This document shows, one piece after another, positions 23,690-36,478 of a DNA stretch of 64,000 nt; the first letter of the stretch is position 1; the number at the start of each line of letters is the position of its first letter. The notes below the pieces were generated by a model that was not told the DNA's origin, ran no database searches, and worked only from the letters and a program-made list of their open reading frames with translations. Origin of the DNA: Glaucostegus cemiculus (taxonomy: Eukaryota); NCBI GenBank assembly GCA_976551045.1, contig CDPCPM010000037.1, forward strand, positions 28,520,001 through 28,584,000. Reading direction: 5' to 3'. Made by a program: the position numbers and the translations under genes.

Positions 23690-24098
23690 CATCACAATGT
23701 TGATTGAAGAGCAAGATCACAGAGAACCCAAATGCGGCACACTAGTACAAGACTGGAGTCAGGATACTTCCTCAGGACCAGACACAGGCAACACTGGAAG
23801 GAAATCTTGCCTCAGAGATCTGAGTAGTAATCCCAACACAAACTGAATCTTCAAGCAGGACTAGAGAACACAGGACTGCTCTGGAGTAGACCACTCTAAG
23901 CAACTTAGAACCAAATTGATTCTTCAAGATTGACCAATCCTCTGGCAACTAGTGCTAGAGAAACCCAGGTACTTATGCTAGGCCCCTGATGGGGCTCAGG
24001 TGTGTGTCATTGTGCAATCAGTCCAGCATGGAATCCATGTGCTGTACAACGAGGCATCTAAGGAACCAGATCAAGGGCCAGTACTCAGAATCATGACA
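23690..24098 (-). mobile_element. Solo LTR (Gypsy-type) with 5-bp TSD
   Basis: TTTAG direct repeat at 23685-23689 and 24099-24103; right end ...tcatgaCA; left end catcacaat is a decayed match to tgtcatgat; 409 bp. Strand inferred from the TGTCATGA start. Confidence 0.65.
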
Positions 24099-24464
24099 TT
24101 TAGATAATGTGAATGCAGATAAGCTGCCCCAATGTGGATTTAATCACTATGGGATCCTCTCAATAATATTGAGATTCTTCCTGAATTTAACTGACAAGAA
24201 TTAGTGGATTGCAACTTGCTCTCAAACTGTGTGAGAAGTTTCACATTGAATCCTTGCATGTATATAGTAGTTTAATAGGCTACTGTAATGATGAGAATAG
24301 ATCACATAATGTATTGCTAGGTGAACACAAGAACAGGTGTTACATATGAAATCCGAGCAGTCACTCTGCACCTTTAACTCCCATTGTACTGTAGGTTCAG
24401 TATAATCTCCCTCAAACAAACAGGTATCCAGTTCAATAGTTTAACTAAAATACTGCAGGCAAAT

Positions 24465-26990
24465 ATACAAATTAGGAGCAGGCATAGTCCACTCAGCCCC
24501 TCGAGGTTCCTCTGTCACTTAAGATCATGGCTCCTCTGATTGTTACCATGGTAATCGCACCCCCTTTGTTTATCAAGTCTCTATCTATCTCTGTCTAAAA
24601 ATATTCAGAGCCTCTGCCTCCACCACCCTTTGAGGAAGCGGGTCCCAAAGACTCATTACCATTTCAGAGAAAAAAAAATTGCCTCATCTCTAACTTAAAT
24701 GGATGACCCCAACTTTTTAAACAGAGACCCCTGGTTCTAGATTTTCCAATAAGAAGAAACATCCTTTCTATGTTTAAGAACCATTAAGACCACTGAGGAT
24801 CTTATATACTTCAATCATCCCCTCTCAGTCTTCTGAACTCCAGCAGATGTAAGCCAAGCAAATCCAACCTTTCCTCACAAGGCAACTCACCCATTCCAGG
24901 TACTAAGCTAGTAATCCTTCTCTGAACCACTTCCAGTGTATTAACATCTTTCCTTAAATAAGAAGGCCAATACTGTACACAATACTGCAAATGAAGTCTC
25001 ACCAATGCCCTACATATAACTGAAGCCAAGCCTCCCTAATTCTGTATTCAATCCTTTATCAATAAACAACTGCCTTCTCTTTTCCTTCCTAATTATTAAT
25101 AAATACTAACTCTTTATAAAATCAAGACAACTGGATCCCTCTGCCTTTCTAATCTGTAATATTTCACCATTTAGATAATATTCTTCATCTTTACTATTCC
25201 TGCCAAAAAGGACAATTTTGCATTTACCCACATTGCACTCATTTGTGCAAGACTTATCTTGCCTGTATCCTCTTGTATCCTCTTTATAAACTTCCCACAA
25301 TTTACTTTCTTGCCTGTCTCGGCATCATTATCTAATTTAGCAATCATATCTTCAGCGCCTTCATCAAGTCATTTATATAAATTGTTAACTGCCATCCCCT
25401 GTGGCACTCTACTTGTTACATCGTGCCAGCCATATACAGACATGTTTTTGTGTGGTCTCTGTTCTCTGTTTGCCAGCCAATCTTCTATCTATACCATAAC
25501 GTTATCTCCTGCATCAAAAAGTATTATATCCTGCAAGCATGGTAGTGTAGTGGTTAGCATAACGCTTTACAGCACCAGTGACCCAGGTTCAAATCTGGCC
25601 ACTGTCTGTAAGGAGTTTGTACGTTCTCCCCGTGTCTGCATGGGTTTCCTCCAGGTGCTCTGGTTTCCTCCCACATTCCAAAGACATACAGTTTAGGAAG
25701 TTGTGGGCATGCTATGTTGGCGCTGCAAGCATGGCGATACTTGCGGGCTGCCCCCAGAACACTACTCAAAAAGATGCATTTCACTGTGTGTTTCCATGTA
25801 CATGTGACCAATAAAGATATCTTATCTTTATGTCTTAATATGTCTTAAGATTTTATTTTCTGCAATAACCTTTTATCAAATGCTTTTTGGACATCTAAGT
25901 ATAGTACATCCACTGATTCCTCTTATCCACAGCACATGGTGCATCTTCAAAGGTCTCCAATAAGTTAGTCAAATATTACTCTTCCATGGTGACTTTGCTT
26001 GATTACATTGACGTTTTCTCAGTATCCGACTATAACTCCTTTTAATAACAGCTTCTGTCAATTCGCTTTGGCAAATGTTAAGGTAACTGGCCTACATTTT
26101 CATTCTTTCTGTCCCTCCCCCTTTCAGAACAGGTAATGTTAGAGAATCTCTAATCCACTGGAACCTTAGTCTAGGGAACTTTAGAAAACTAAATGCCATG
26201 TGTCACACTGACCATTTCCTTAAAGGCCCTGGAATGAAGACCATCAGTACCTGAAGACATTTCAATCCACTGCTCCACCAGTTTGCTTAGTACCACTTCC
26301 CCGGTTATGTTCCTGAGTCTCTCTCTCGCTCCCTCTCTCTCTCTCTCTTTCACTTCTCAATTTACAGCTATTTCTGGGATGTTACTTGTATCTTCTACAG
26401 TGAAGTATAATGTAAAATACCTGTTTAATTCTCCTGCCATCTCTTGGTCTTCAATTATTAATTTCTGAGCTCACTTTAACTCTTTTCTTTTTTAAGTATC
26501 TTTAGAAATTTTCACTATCCATTACTCCATTCTGGCTGGCTTTATCTCATATTCTAGTTTTCTTCTTATTAATATTTCTGTCGTTCTCTGCTGCTTTTTG
26601 CATTCTGTCCAATCTTCTGACCCACCACTTTTCATAATTACATGTATTGCTTTAAGTCTGATGCTATATTTAACTTTTTTTAGTTAACCACAGGCAGTTA
26701 GGTTTCCCCTTGAACCTTTTCTTTCTTGTTTGTCTATTCTTCATATTCCGAAAGATTACCTTAAACACCTGCCACTGCATCTCAGCTGACCGATTCCTTA
26801 ACCTAGTTTGTCTGCTTACCTTGTCTAGCAAGCCATCATAATTACTCTTATTTAAGTTTACAGTACTAGTCTTAGATCCTTTCTTCTCTCCCTCGAAATG
26901 AATGTAAGACTCAAACAATGATTGTTGCTACCCAGTGTTGCTTTCACCATGACAACATTAATTAATCCTATCTTGTTGCTCAGCAAATGG
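24465..26990 (-). mobile_element. Long old CR1 LINE fragment (endonuclease end, RT, 3' end) interrupted by a SINE
   Basis: Minus ORFs: [30 protein letters not shown] (24811-25029), NVGKCKIVLFGR (25106-25300), TSTVNLNKSNYDGL (26670-26918); YLDVQKAFDK and NYRPVTLT remnants near 25870-26090. Confidence 0.9.
25538..25850 (+). mobile_element. tRNA-head V-SINE with Rex1-like tail, nested in CR1
   Basis: ggtagtgtagtggttagc A-box, ggttcaaatc B-box, V-domain, tail gcatttcactgtgtgtttccatgtacatgtgaccaataaagatatcttatc. Confidence 0.85.
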
Positions 26991-27262
26991 GGTATTTTCT
27001 CAGTACTAGCCTAGATTACTGACTTCTTGGAACTCAAAATTTATGGGTATATCCAACCAAAGCAGAGATGTGCTGGATTGACAAGTAGACCCCAAACCAA
27101 GTCTCAAAGGCAATGTCATTTAGATAGTAGCAATGGAGACTAGTTCAGACACTCAGATCTCGGGATGCCAGCTTGCCTGAAAACAACATCCATTTGTTTC
27201 CCTTGCCCTAAGGAGAGCAAATTTGAGTCTCCCATACTAAACCTTCAGTACTTTCACAGGGG

Positions 27263-27358
27263 CAACACACAAAGGTGCTGGAGGAACTCAGAGGGTCAGG
27301 CAGCATCCATGGAGGGAAATGAACAGTCGATATTTCAGCTCGAGACCCTTCATCAGGA
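27263..27358 (-). mobile_element. Penelope-like terminal repeat with hammerhead-like core
   Basis: Reverse strand reads ctgatgaagggtctcgagctgaaatatcgactg; flanked by imperfect direct repeats tactttcacagggg / tattttcacaaggg. Confidence 0.7.
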
Positions 27359-27704
27359 ATATTTTCACAAGGGTTGTCTTAAGGGCACGTATTAGGTAAT
27401 GGGCATGAATTATTGAGGCCCAGGAACTTCCTGGGCACTCAGGGTCAGGGATATGAGTGGGAATTTAAACCTAGTTTCTGAAATGATATAAATGTATAAT
27501 GGAGCCAACCTCCAAAATTTTACATTAGATAACTTTTTGGTTGATTATTGAGGGGCCCTTATCCCCTGCTTGTTGGAGATGTTGGAGATGATCAGATGTC
27601 ATGCATGTTAACCCAGACCTTGCTGGAGTTTAGGATAGAGGTTAAATGTACCGGAAATGCATCAGAATGGTGCTCCTTCCAGAATTCCAACTCCTTCAGT
27701 ACAT

Positions 27705-27930
27705 GAAAATAAAAAAACCCTGCAAATCTGAAATAAAAAAAGAAAATTCTGGAAACACTCAGGAGGTCAGGCAGCATCTGTGGAAAGAGAAATGAACTGA
27801 ACATTTTAGGTCTAAGACCCTTCTTTAGTATTGGAAGAGAGAGAAAACAAGTTAGGCTTCAGTAGCAAATGAGGTTGGGGGAGTGGGACAGGTAGAACGA
27901 AGAAAACATCTCTGATAGGTCAAGACTAAA
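27705..27930 (-). mobile_element. Older Penelope-like terminal repeat
   Basis: ctggaaacactcaggaggtcaggcagcatctgtggaaagagaaa; a similar copy lies at 36590-36790. Confidence 0.6.
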
Positions 27931-28224
27931 AGACTTAAAGTGGCAGTGGAGTTGCAGCTAAAGTCATGTTATAAATTATTATTACCCCTCAGTAGGTCTT
28001 AGCTCGCTCACCACCATTTTCAATCCCAGGACTGAAGACTACCTTCAGAGACTACCTTCAAAGATCTGTGAAAGTACTATGACTAAAGATCAGTCCTATC
28101 ATGTATCTGTTTCCACTGCTCAGGCAGTATGGGATGCAATAGCGGATGAAATTTTCATTTTGGTTTTATTACAGCACCAGTTTCATTTTCGCTTGAACAA
28201 CAAAGCAACTTGGTGTGTTGATCA

Positions 28225-28259
28225 GTGAGCATCATGGACAGTGTCAACAAGCTGACTCA
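28225..28259 (+). promoter_or_regulatory. Candidate RE1/NRSE (REST) site followed by an AP-1/MARE site
   Basis: GTGAGCATCATGGACAGTGTC versus consensus NTCAGCACCNNGGACAGYGCC (2 core mismatches plus one near the 3' end); GCTGACTCAT follows 5 bp later. Confidence 0.35.
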
Positions 28260-29124
28260 TCGTGCTCTCCCAAATAAGCAAGATTGTGTAGACAGATGGG
28301 AATGGAAATTTGGAATGAAGATTGAGGAGGGAATTTAAGGAGCAGAGCTGATAAGACACAATATAATGGCAAATCCTCAACTTGAATGAAGGAACCTTTA
28401 TCATTTCTCACTTAATCGGGGCTTGATCATCCTAAAACCGACTGCATCAAGAAAGCTGGCATTACTTCTGCAAAGAATTTTTGTTTCAATATCTGATTTC
28501 AAAGCACAGCTTTTTAAAAAAAAACACGTCATGTTCTCCTAGGGGAAAAGAAAATCTTGGAATAGAACAGAAATCTATCGCTGGTCCTGTGCACTCTGAG
28601 AGGTTGCAATGTAGGGGTAATTCATAAAGTAGCTTCCTTACAATCCCAAAATCGGATTGGTAACTCTACCATGCAGGACTCCTTTGACGGGTGGTGACTG
28701 TCTTTCAAGAGTTAAGGCCTATCTCCAGCTGAACCATGGAATGAATAAAAAAGAAACACAGCCATGAACTATTCAATACACTTTTCAGCAAATTAGGGTG
28801 ATTAATTTTAGCCTGAAGCATCAACAAAGAGTAAAAGCATTTCATTTATAGTCGTTCTCAAATATCCTGCTTGTCCTCATTATATTCTCTACACTATACA
28901 AATTATGATCATAGCTTCCTTACCACACTTCGCAGACAAGAGTTAATTAAAACAAACACATTTCTTAATGTAGGATATGGACTGTAACGAGGAGAATGAG
29001 GTCACTTGTAAGAACGCCAGTGGGGAAGAATGAAAACAATCTTTCCTTATTCTTTGTTTAACACTCACACTACTTGTCCTTTTAAGGGGATCAATACAAG
29101 CTGACAAGAGCAATGGTCTTACTG

Positions 29125-29375
29125 GTAACACTGACACTTTTGAGCTGAAAGGTTGCAGGTTCAAGGACCACTCTAGGCAGTTGGGTCCACGATCTAGTGG
29201 CAATGGGATGCTGTCTTTAAACCAATGACCTCTCAGCTCTATTAGTGGACACCAAAGGTGTCTTGCTACTATTTTATGAAGAGAATTGGGACCACTTCCT
29301 GGAGTGCTAACCCATGTTTATACTTCAATCAATATCAGTAGAACCAGATGACCAGCATATTATTATATTGCTTAT
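29125..29375 (+). mobile_element. Deu-domain SINE relic
   Basis: tgagctgaaaggttgcaggttcaag head; ctattttatgaagag...cctggagtgctaacccatgtttatacttcaatcaa body; other relics at 36090-36590/36800-36900 (-), 47065-47170 (-) and 57520-58130 (+, split). Confidence 0.55.
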
Positions 29376-29689
29376 TAAAGGAAGGCATTGATAAGGTACT
29401 GCATTTGTCATAGAGGCATACAGAGCAGAGACAAGCCTATTGGCTCACTGACCATTAAGAACCCTTTAGACTAACCCCTACACTCATCCCATTTTATTCT
29501 CTTCACATTCTCATCAACTCCTCACCAACCCTCACGTCTCTGGGAGATGGGAGGAAACCGGAGCACCTGGAAGAAACCCACACAGTCTTAGAGAGAAGAT
29601 GCATGGACACAGCACCAGAGGTCAGGATTCAACTCAGCTGGAGCAGTGAGGCTTTTCTAGCTTTGCCACTTCACTGCATCAAAGGTTAT

Positions 29690-31455
29690 TGCAGAAACTT
29701 AAAGGAGTGAACTTATTGGTATAAGTGGAAGAGTGGCTGGTTAACAGGAGACAGAGATTAGACAAAAACGAGTCTGACTGGTTGGTAAGATGCAACGAGT
29801 GGTGTACCACAGGAATCAGTGCTGCGCCCTCAACATTTTACAATTTATATAAACAACTTGTAAGAAAGCACTGATGGTATGGTTGCTAAATTTTCTAATA
29901 AGGCAAAGATAGGTAGGAAAATAAATTGTGAAGAGTTTATAAGGAGGCTACAGAATGATACAGGGAGTTAAGTGAGTGGTCAAGGATCTGACAAGTGGAG
30001 TATAAAGTGGGAAAATACGGAACTGGCCACCCAGGAGAAGTGTAAAAGAAGCATCTTATATAAATGGTGAGAGATTGCAGGGCTCTGAAATGCAGAGGGA
30101 TCTGGTGGTCCTAACATATACCAAAGTCTCGTATGCAGATAGAGGAAATAATTAGTAAATGTTACAGAATGTTATTGTTTATTGTTATAAGGATTGAACG
30201 TAAATGAAGAGAGGTTATGTTTCAATTACATAGGGGATTACTGTGATCAGTGGTGCACCACAGGGATCAGTGCTGGGAGCTGTGTTTTATGTGGCTCCTG
30301 ATTAGGCAATTCTCATCCTCGACTTCAGATCCTTCCATGTTTGTGATGACTTAGATGTGAATGCAGGAGGTATGGGCTGCCAGAGGCAGTGGTGGAGGCG
30401 CATACATTAAGGTCTTTCAAGAGACTGTTAGATAGGTACATGGAGCTAGGTAAAATAGAGGGCTATGGGAATGCCCAGTAATTTCTAGTGTAAGGACATG
30501 TTCGGCACAGCTTTGTGGGCTGAAGGGCCTGAATTGTGCTGTAGTTTTTCTGTGTTCTATGTTCTATAACAAGAAGTTGGTGGTGTTATGGATAGCGTGG
30601 AAGGTTGTGTCAGGCTACAACAGAATATAGATCAGATGGAAAGCTGGCCAGAGCATTGGCTGATGGAATTTAATCTTGACAAGTGTGAGTGATGTGCTTT
30701 AGAAAGTCAATTAGGGTAGGACATATGCAGTAAATGGTAGGGCACTAAGGAATGTTAGTGAACAGAGGGACCTTGTGGTTCAAGACTATAGTTCCCTGAA
30801 AGTGGCAAGGTAGAATAGACGGTGAAGAAGGCCAGCATGCTTGCCTTCATCGGTCGGGACATTGCATATAAAAGTTGGGACGTTATGTTGCAACTTTACG
30901 AAACACTGGTTAGACCACACTTGGAGTATTGTGTGCAGTTCTGGTCCAAGGATGTGCTCGTGCTGGAGAGCGTGCAAAAGAGATTCACCAGGATGTTGCG
31001 AGGACTGGGGGACTTTTGTTATGAGGAGAAATTGGATAGACTGGGATATGTTTTCCCTGGAACAAAGGAGACTGAAAGGTGACCTGATAGATGTATATAA
31101 AATTACAACAAGTATAGATAGGGTAGATAGTCAGCATCTTTTTCCAGTGGGAAGGGTATCAACAACAAAAGGGCATAGCTTCAAGGTGAGAGGAAGAAGT
31201 TTTAATGGGATTTAAGAGGGAAAGTTTTTTTTACCCAGAGTGTGGTTGATATCTGGAACTCTCTGCCAGATGAGGTGATGGAGTCAAATACAATTACTCT
31301 AGTCTAAGGTCCATTTTGGCAGGCATTAAAATAGGCAAGGCACAGAAGGAGAAGGACCTGATACAGGTAAATGGGATTAGTGGAAATGGCCAAAAAAGGT
31401 CAGCATAGACGTGGGCTGAAGGGCCTGTTTCTGTGCCCAACTCTGTGACTCTATA
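29690..31455 (+). mobile_element. Cluster of nested CR1 fragments
   Basis: SGVPQESVL/FSNKAKIG remnants (29790-29920); ORFs 30822..31082 (LVRPHLEYCVQFWS) and 30841..31215 (FSLEQRRLKGDLIDVYKI...KGHSFKVRG); younger CR1 tail inserted at ~30374-30567. Confidence 0.9.
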
Positions 31456-32149
31456 ACAATAGAATCAGAATCAGGTTTATTATCGCTGACATATGTCATG
31501 AAATTTGTTGTTTTGTGGCAGCACTGCAATACAAGACATAAAGACATAAAAATTACGATAAGTTACAATATAGTGGGTATAAGTTCACCCCACAGACACT
31601 GAGGAACATAATGTTAGGTATTACTGATTTATCCAACTAATGGTTAAGAATGCTAGTTCCAAAAACCTCTCTCTGCTATTTTCAAAGATGTTAATCAGGA
31701 AATTTGGCCTAAACGTTTTATTAATATATGAGCACAGACAAGATGTAGGACTTCAGTCCTCTAAGTTCAGTAAATAAATCTGTAACCTTGCACATCCAGC
31801 TTACATCTATTTATATTTAAAGTCTTACACATTGCATACATTCACTGAAAACATTGTGCTCTTTCTTGTCATGTTTCAGATGTCACACTTCAATGCATTC
31901 TTCAAGCAATGCTGTGGGACATCTGCTTGTAAAGCGATTTCTCATTGATCACCAATCTATTTCAAATTTGACCTTGTCTCCTGTTAATCTTACTGAAGAT
32001 TTCAGTAAATAACTCCAGATATCCAGTATCTCAGCTCCTTTGCTACAACATTGGCAACACATTACACAAAATAAAGAAACTTAATCTGATCCTAACTACC
32101 CCTTAACTGCCACATTATTTCAGCCTTTTGCAGAGAGTCTCTGTTCCAT

Positions 32150-32310
32150 CACTAACTCTCCCCCACATTATTTGTTACCCAGACTAACTTACTCCTCTCT
32201 TGTTCAGTTCTGATGAAGGGTCAGGACCTGAAACATTAATTGGTTCTCTTTCCACAGATGCTGCCTGACCTGCTGACTATTTCAAATTTCCAACACTTGC
32301 AGCTTTTCTT
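32150..32310 (+). mobile_element. Penelope-like terminal repeat with complete hammerhead-like scaffold
   Basis: cagtt-CTGATGA-agggtcaggacct-GAAA-c-att-aattg, then ccacagatgctgcctgacctgctga. Confidence 0.7.
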
Positions 32311-35067
32311 TTAATTCTCACTCATGGAGTGTCTCACAAAATCTGGAAATGAAGCCGATGAACTGTTGGAAAAACTCAACTCAGTGTTCCTTAGGGCATA
32401 AGATCTTCCATTCTCAAATGCTTCAGTCAAGAGGTGACTCCAGTCCGACATTAAAAGAGATAACTTCTTTCTTGAAAAGGCTGAGAAAACCATTTAGTTG
32501 TGTCAAATGACATTGTAGTGATCTTTTCAGGGCAGAAATTGATGGCTGATAAGTGTGACTTTGCCAGAAGAAATCCAAAGATCAGATCTAATTTTTGCCA
32601 TTTTCAAGACACTACAGGGGTCCTTTAGCCTTCTATGATTAAGTTTGCAGTCATAAATGACAGCAGCATCCCAAGACAGCAAAGCACATGCCTAAATTTA
32701 TTGTTTGCCCTGGTGCACCTCCAGTACTGAGTAAAACAACCTGCCCTCAGCTACTCCCAGCATGAGCCTGTCCTGATCCCCGCAGACCTTCAGGGCTGCA
32801 GCTGCTCATGGATCTGGGACAGTGCATCACTTTGCACCAAGCCGAGCATATCAGAGCCACACTACTGACCTCTGACACCTTTCACAGGTTAGAAGTGGGA
32901 GTAGGCTTCTGGTTCTCCTTTGTAAATCTTTCAAGTGCAGGATTCATGCCAGACCCTGTGGAGAAGGGAGGGCCAGTCAGCCAGCCCCTACTGTCTGTTG
33001 ATAGTTCTTTTCTGTAATCTCAATTTTTGGTGGATTTTTTTCCCCCTCTGCCAACTTACTTGCTCTGAATGGGAACATAAAGATTTCCAATAGTCCATTA
33101 TAGAAGCTGGTTGTAAGAAATTGGGGTAATTGGTTTAAATTCAGCTTCAGGATTGTAATGGCTCTTTGAACAGCCGTCCTGAAACAGCATAATTTTTTTT
33201 CTCTCTAAGAGCTTTTTGGTTAATTACCATTGTGTAAAAGGAAACTCTGTTTAATTGGTATGCTTGGATAATGGAGCCATTACCAGCTCTATCATAAAAC
33301 CCTGTATTTAGACATGAACTAATTATCATGACTATATAGTCCTTTATATTGGTATTTGCTGGACCTTTAACCCTTTCAGGCCTGTGCATCGATTGCAGTT
33401 GTCTATATGACAGCACTTTTCAAATATGTCTACTCAAGTGCTTTCTGTGCACAACAACTATATTTATTTGTACAGCATCTTTAATCCAGTAAAATCTCTC
33501 AAGTTGCTTCAGAGAAACCCCATCTAACAGAGTTTGAGACTGAGCCATATAGAGGAGGCATATGACTTGATCAAGGAGATAGATTTTCAGAAGCATAATA
33601 ACGTGCGAAGTGAGGGAAGAGATGTTTAGGGAGGGAATTCCAGATTGTGGGAATTTGGAAGCTGAGAGCATGGAAGTCAAAGAACGGTTAAGAGTCAACC
33701 ATATTGTTAAGGGTTTGAAGTAAAAACAAAGGCCAAAGTGAATCAAAATGGCTGATTTCCTTAACTGAAGGACATCAATCAACCAAATGATTTTTACAAT
33801 AATACACTAATTCCACAATCACCTTTAATGATTCTCCCTTTTGATTTCTGCATTCATATAATTAGCTTAATTTATATTCCCCATCTCTGTTGGTGAAATT
33901 TAAACACATATCTCTAGCCTTATAGTCCACTGATTAAAAACAGGAATGTTCAAGATTTCAGAACTGGTAGAAAGTAATTATCTTAGAGGAGTTTTGAAAA
34001 TAAAATTGAGAATGAAAATGTAGGCCTTGCCTTACCAGCTGCCAAAATATGTGGGGAAACACAGGGTTGACGGATGAATGGGGGTTAGTACAAGTTAGGA
34101 TATCAGCAGTCAGATTTTTCCATGAGTGCACTTCTGATATCTGCCCCCCTTTCAATCATATTCATGTCTCATGTTCAATACCTGCACACACCAGATATTT
34201 TCTACTACATTGTGTGCCTTTTTTCATGCAATGTTTTCAATTGTGCAAGATCACTATTTATGTAAAGTTAATGTAATGTATTCTCCTAAATCATACTATA
34301 AGAGCAATGATTGAAGTAAGAGAGAACATATGGAACAAAGATAAATGTATGGTCAAAGGGGTAGGTTCAAAGGAGTGGCTGGAGAGGGAGAGAGAAATTG
34401 TCATCCGAAACAATGTTTAGAGAGACAAGGAGAGAAATTCACTGAAATTGAGCCAAATTTCTGGGTGAATCATTGATCGTAAATGGACCAGTTTATGGAC
34501 ATGATTTTAGAAGTCTGACCCTTCAGTGATCAGAACACTGGAGCAGGAATGAGCCATATGGCACCTCAAGCCTGTTCCACCGTTCTGTCATGTCACAGTT
34601 GTGCAATATCATAACTCCATCTACCCACCTTGATCCCATGAGCTGAATACTGCTGCAAGAATTCCATTAGTCCAAGATATCTGCCTGAAACAGGCAAAAG
34701 ACTTCTTGAGTTCAGAAATCAGGACATTTTCACTGGCTCTCCTTCAAACCTAGTAAGAGCTAGATGTAGAGTGTGCCACATGAGCCACGACTGCAGCAGC
34801 CTCCCCAGTGGTTACATTGCAGGGTTCCACCATCCAAAGAGGAAATATCATTTACTGTAAGAGTACATCGACACACTATTAACTCAGTCAAATTACCTCC
34901 TTCCAGTTTCTGCTATCTTTTCCCATCACCCATAACATCCTCCTAACTCTTCACCAACCAATTTATCCAAGGCTCCAACTAGACCCTCAGCTGATGTCTC
35001 CAGCAATTTTTTCAGGTAAACCAGCTGAAGCTTCCAGTGAGCTTTCTGCTAAGCATTTTCAAGCACA

Positions 35068-35254
35068 CAAGCAATCTGCTGGAGGATTTCAGCAGGTTGA
35101 GCAGCATCTGTGGGGGGGAAAGGAATTGTCAGCGTTTTGGGTCGAAACTCTGCTTTTGTTCTTTTTCCTCCCACAGATGCTCCTCAATCTGCTGAATTCC
35201 TCCAGCAGATTGTTTGTTGCTCCATATTCCAGCATCTGCAGTCTCCTGTGTCTC
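35068..35254. mobile_element. Fold-back Penelope-like insertion with 14-bp TSD
   Basis: TSD cattttcaag(c/t)aca at 35054-35067 and 35255-35268; inverted arms ~35073-35120 and ~35165-35212. Confidence 0.75.
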
Positions 35255-36174
35255 CATTTTCAAGTACATATTTCCCTCAAGATGCCCGGTTTGGATTTAT
35301 TCAATTACGCATACAAAAAAAGCATATACTCTCCGTGTTCACTGTTCCTGCCCAATCTCCATAATTCCAGCCCCAGTCACATTTTACAAGAGCGTTTCCT
35401 ATTACAGATCCTCAAATGATGGAATTGTGGCTCGGAGAATAAAACTCGAAGATCTGCAGCCTTAACTTAGTCATATTTGCACCATCAAGCCGAGCTTCTT
35501 TCTGTATGCACTTGTTTTATGGTTAGGCATGGTAATTTAAAATATTGTTTCTCCTCAACCCACAACGGATTTCCAACATACTGCTCACCATTCACCCATA
35601 AAATAATCTGGTATCATGTGCAGAAATTTTGCCAATGTCGGCTACAAAGCTTTTGTCTTTCACAATTGACAAAAATCATAAGATTTTCAGCTCAGAGGTG
35701 ATGCCATTTCTTCCCAATCCCATTACCAAGGGATTTACATTAACTCAGACTGTACTGTTTAACTCATTCAGATCAATTTTACTTTGTGTGCTGTTTATAC
35801 TCCTGGCTCCAAGAGAACACAAACATTCTTTAACTCTTGGCTGAGAGACAAATGGAATATCGTTTATGGAGCAACTCATTGGGAGAGTGTTCCTTTTCCA
35901 GTCACTGTAAGCCATATTGATCAGGCTGTGTGGGGTGAAATGATTCTAATCGGATTCATCATGTTTGAGACAGGCTGCTCTAATGAAGAATGATATGCTT
36001 TTACTCTTTTGGGGTTTCAATGAGCAGACTCGATTGATTACCGGACTCTTGAAGAATGACACCTTTGACAGCCACTATGGAGTGTGCTGAATAAAAGAAA
36101 GCCTTGCATTTATATAGCACCTCTAAAACAGAGCAACAATCAATAGCTAAGGTCTTACAAACATATGTTAATAG

Positions 36175-36478
36175 GATAAAATAAGATATCTTTATTAGTC
36201 ACAGGTACATCAAAACACAAAGTGAAATGCATCTTTTACTTAGTGCATTCTGGGGGCAGCCAGCAAGTGTCGCCACGCTTATGGCGCCAACATAGCATGC
36301 CCAAAACTTCCTAACCTGTACGTCTTTGGAATATGGGAGGAAACCGGAGCACCCGGAGGAAACCCACGCAGGCATGGGGAGAACGTACAAACTCCCTACA
36401 GACAGCGGCCAGAATTGAACCCGGGTCGCTGGCACTGTAATAGAATTACGCTAACTGCTACACTACCCTGCCTGCCCG
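36175..36478 (-). mobile_element. Young V-SINE with Rex1-like tail
   Basis: Reverse complement closely matches 25538-25830; same orientation and family as 60403-60693. Confidence 0.9.

Noticed and set aside
32785-32890. Possible plus-strand exon (ccccgcag|...cacag|gttaga)
   Set aside because: Weak donor and no recognisable peptide; not enough support.
33160-33176. ggctctttgaacagcc, resembling a histone 3' stem-loop
   Set aside because: Stem mismatch, wrong loop and no upstream histone ORF.
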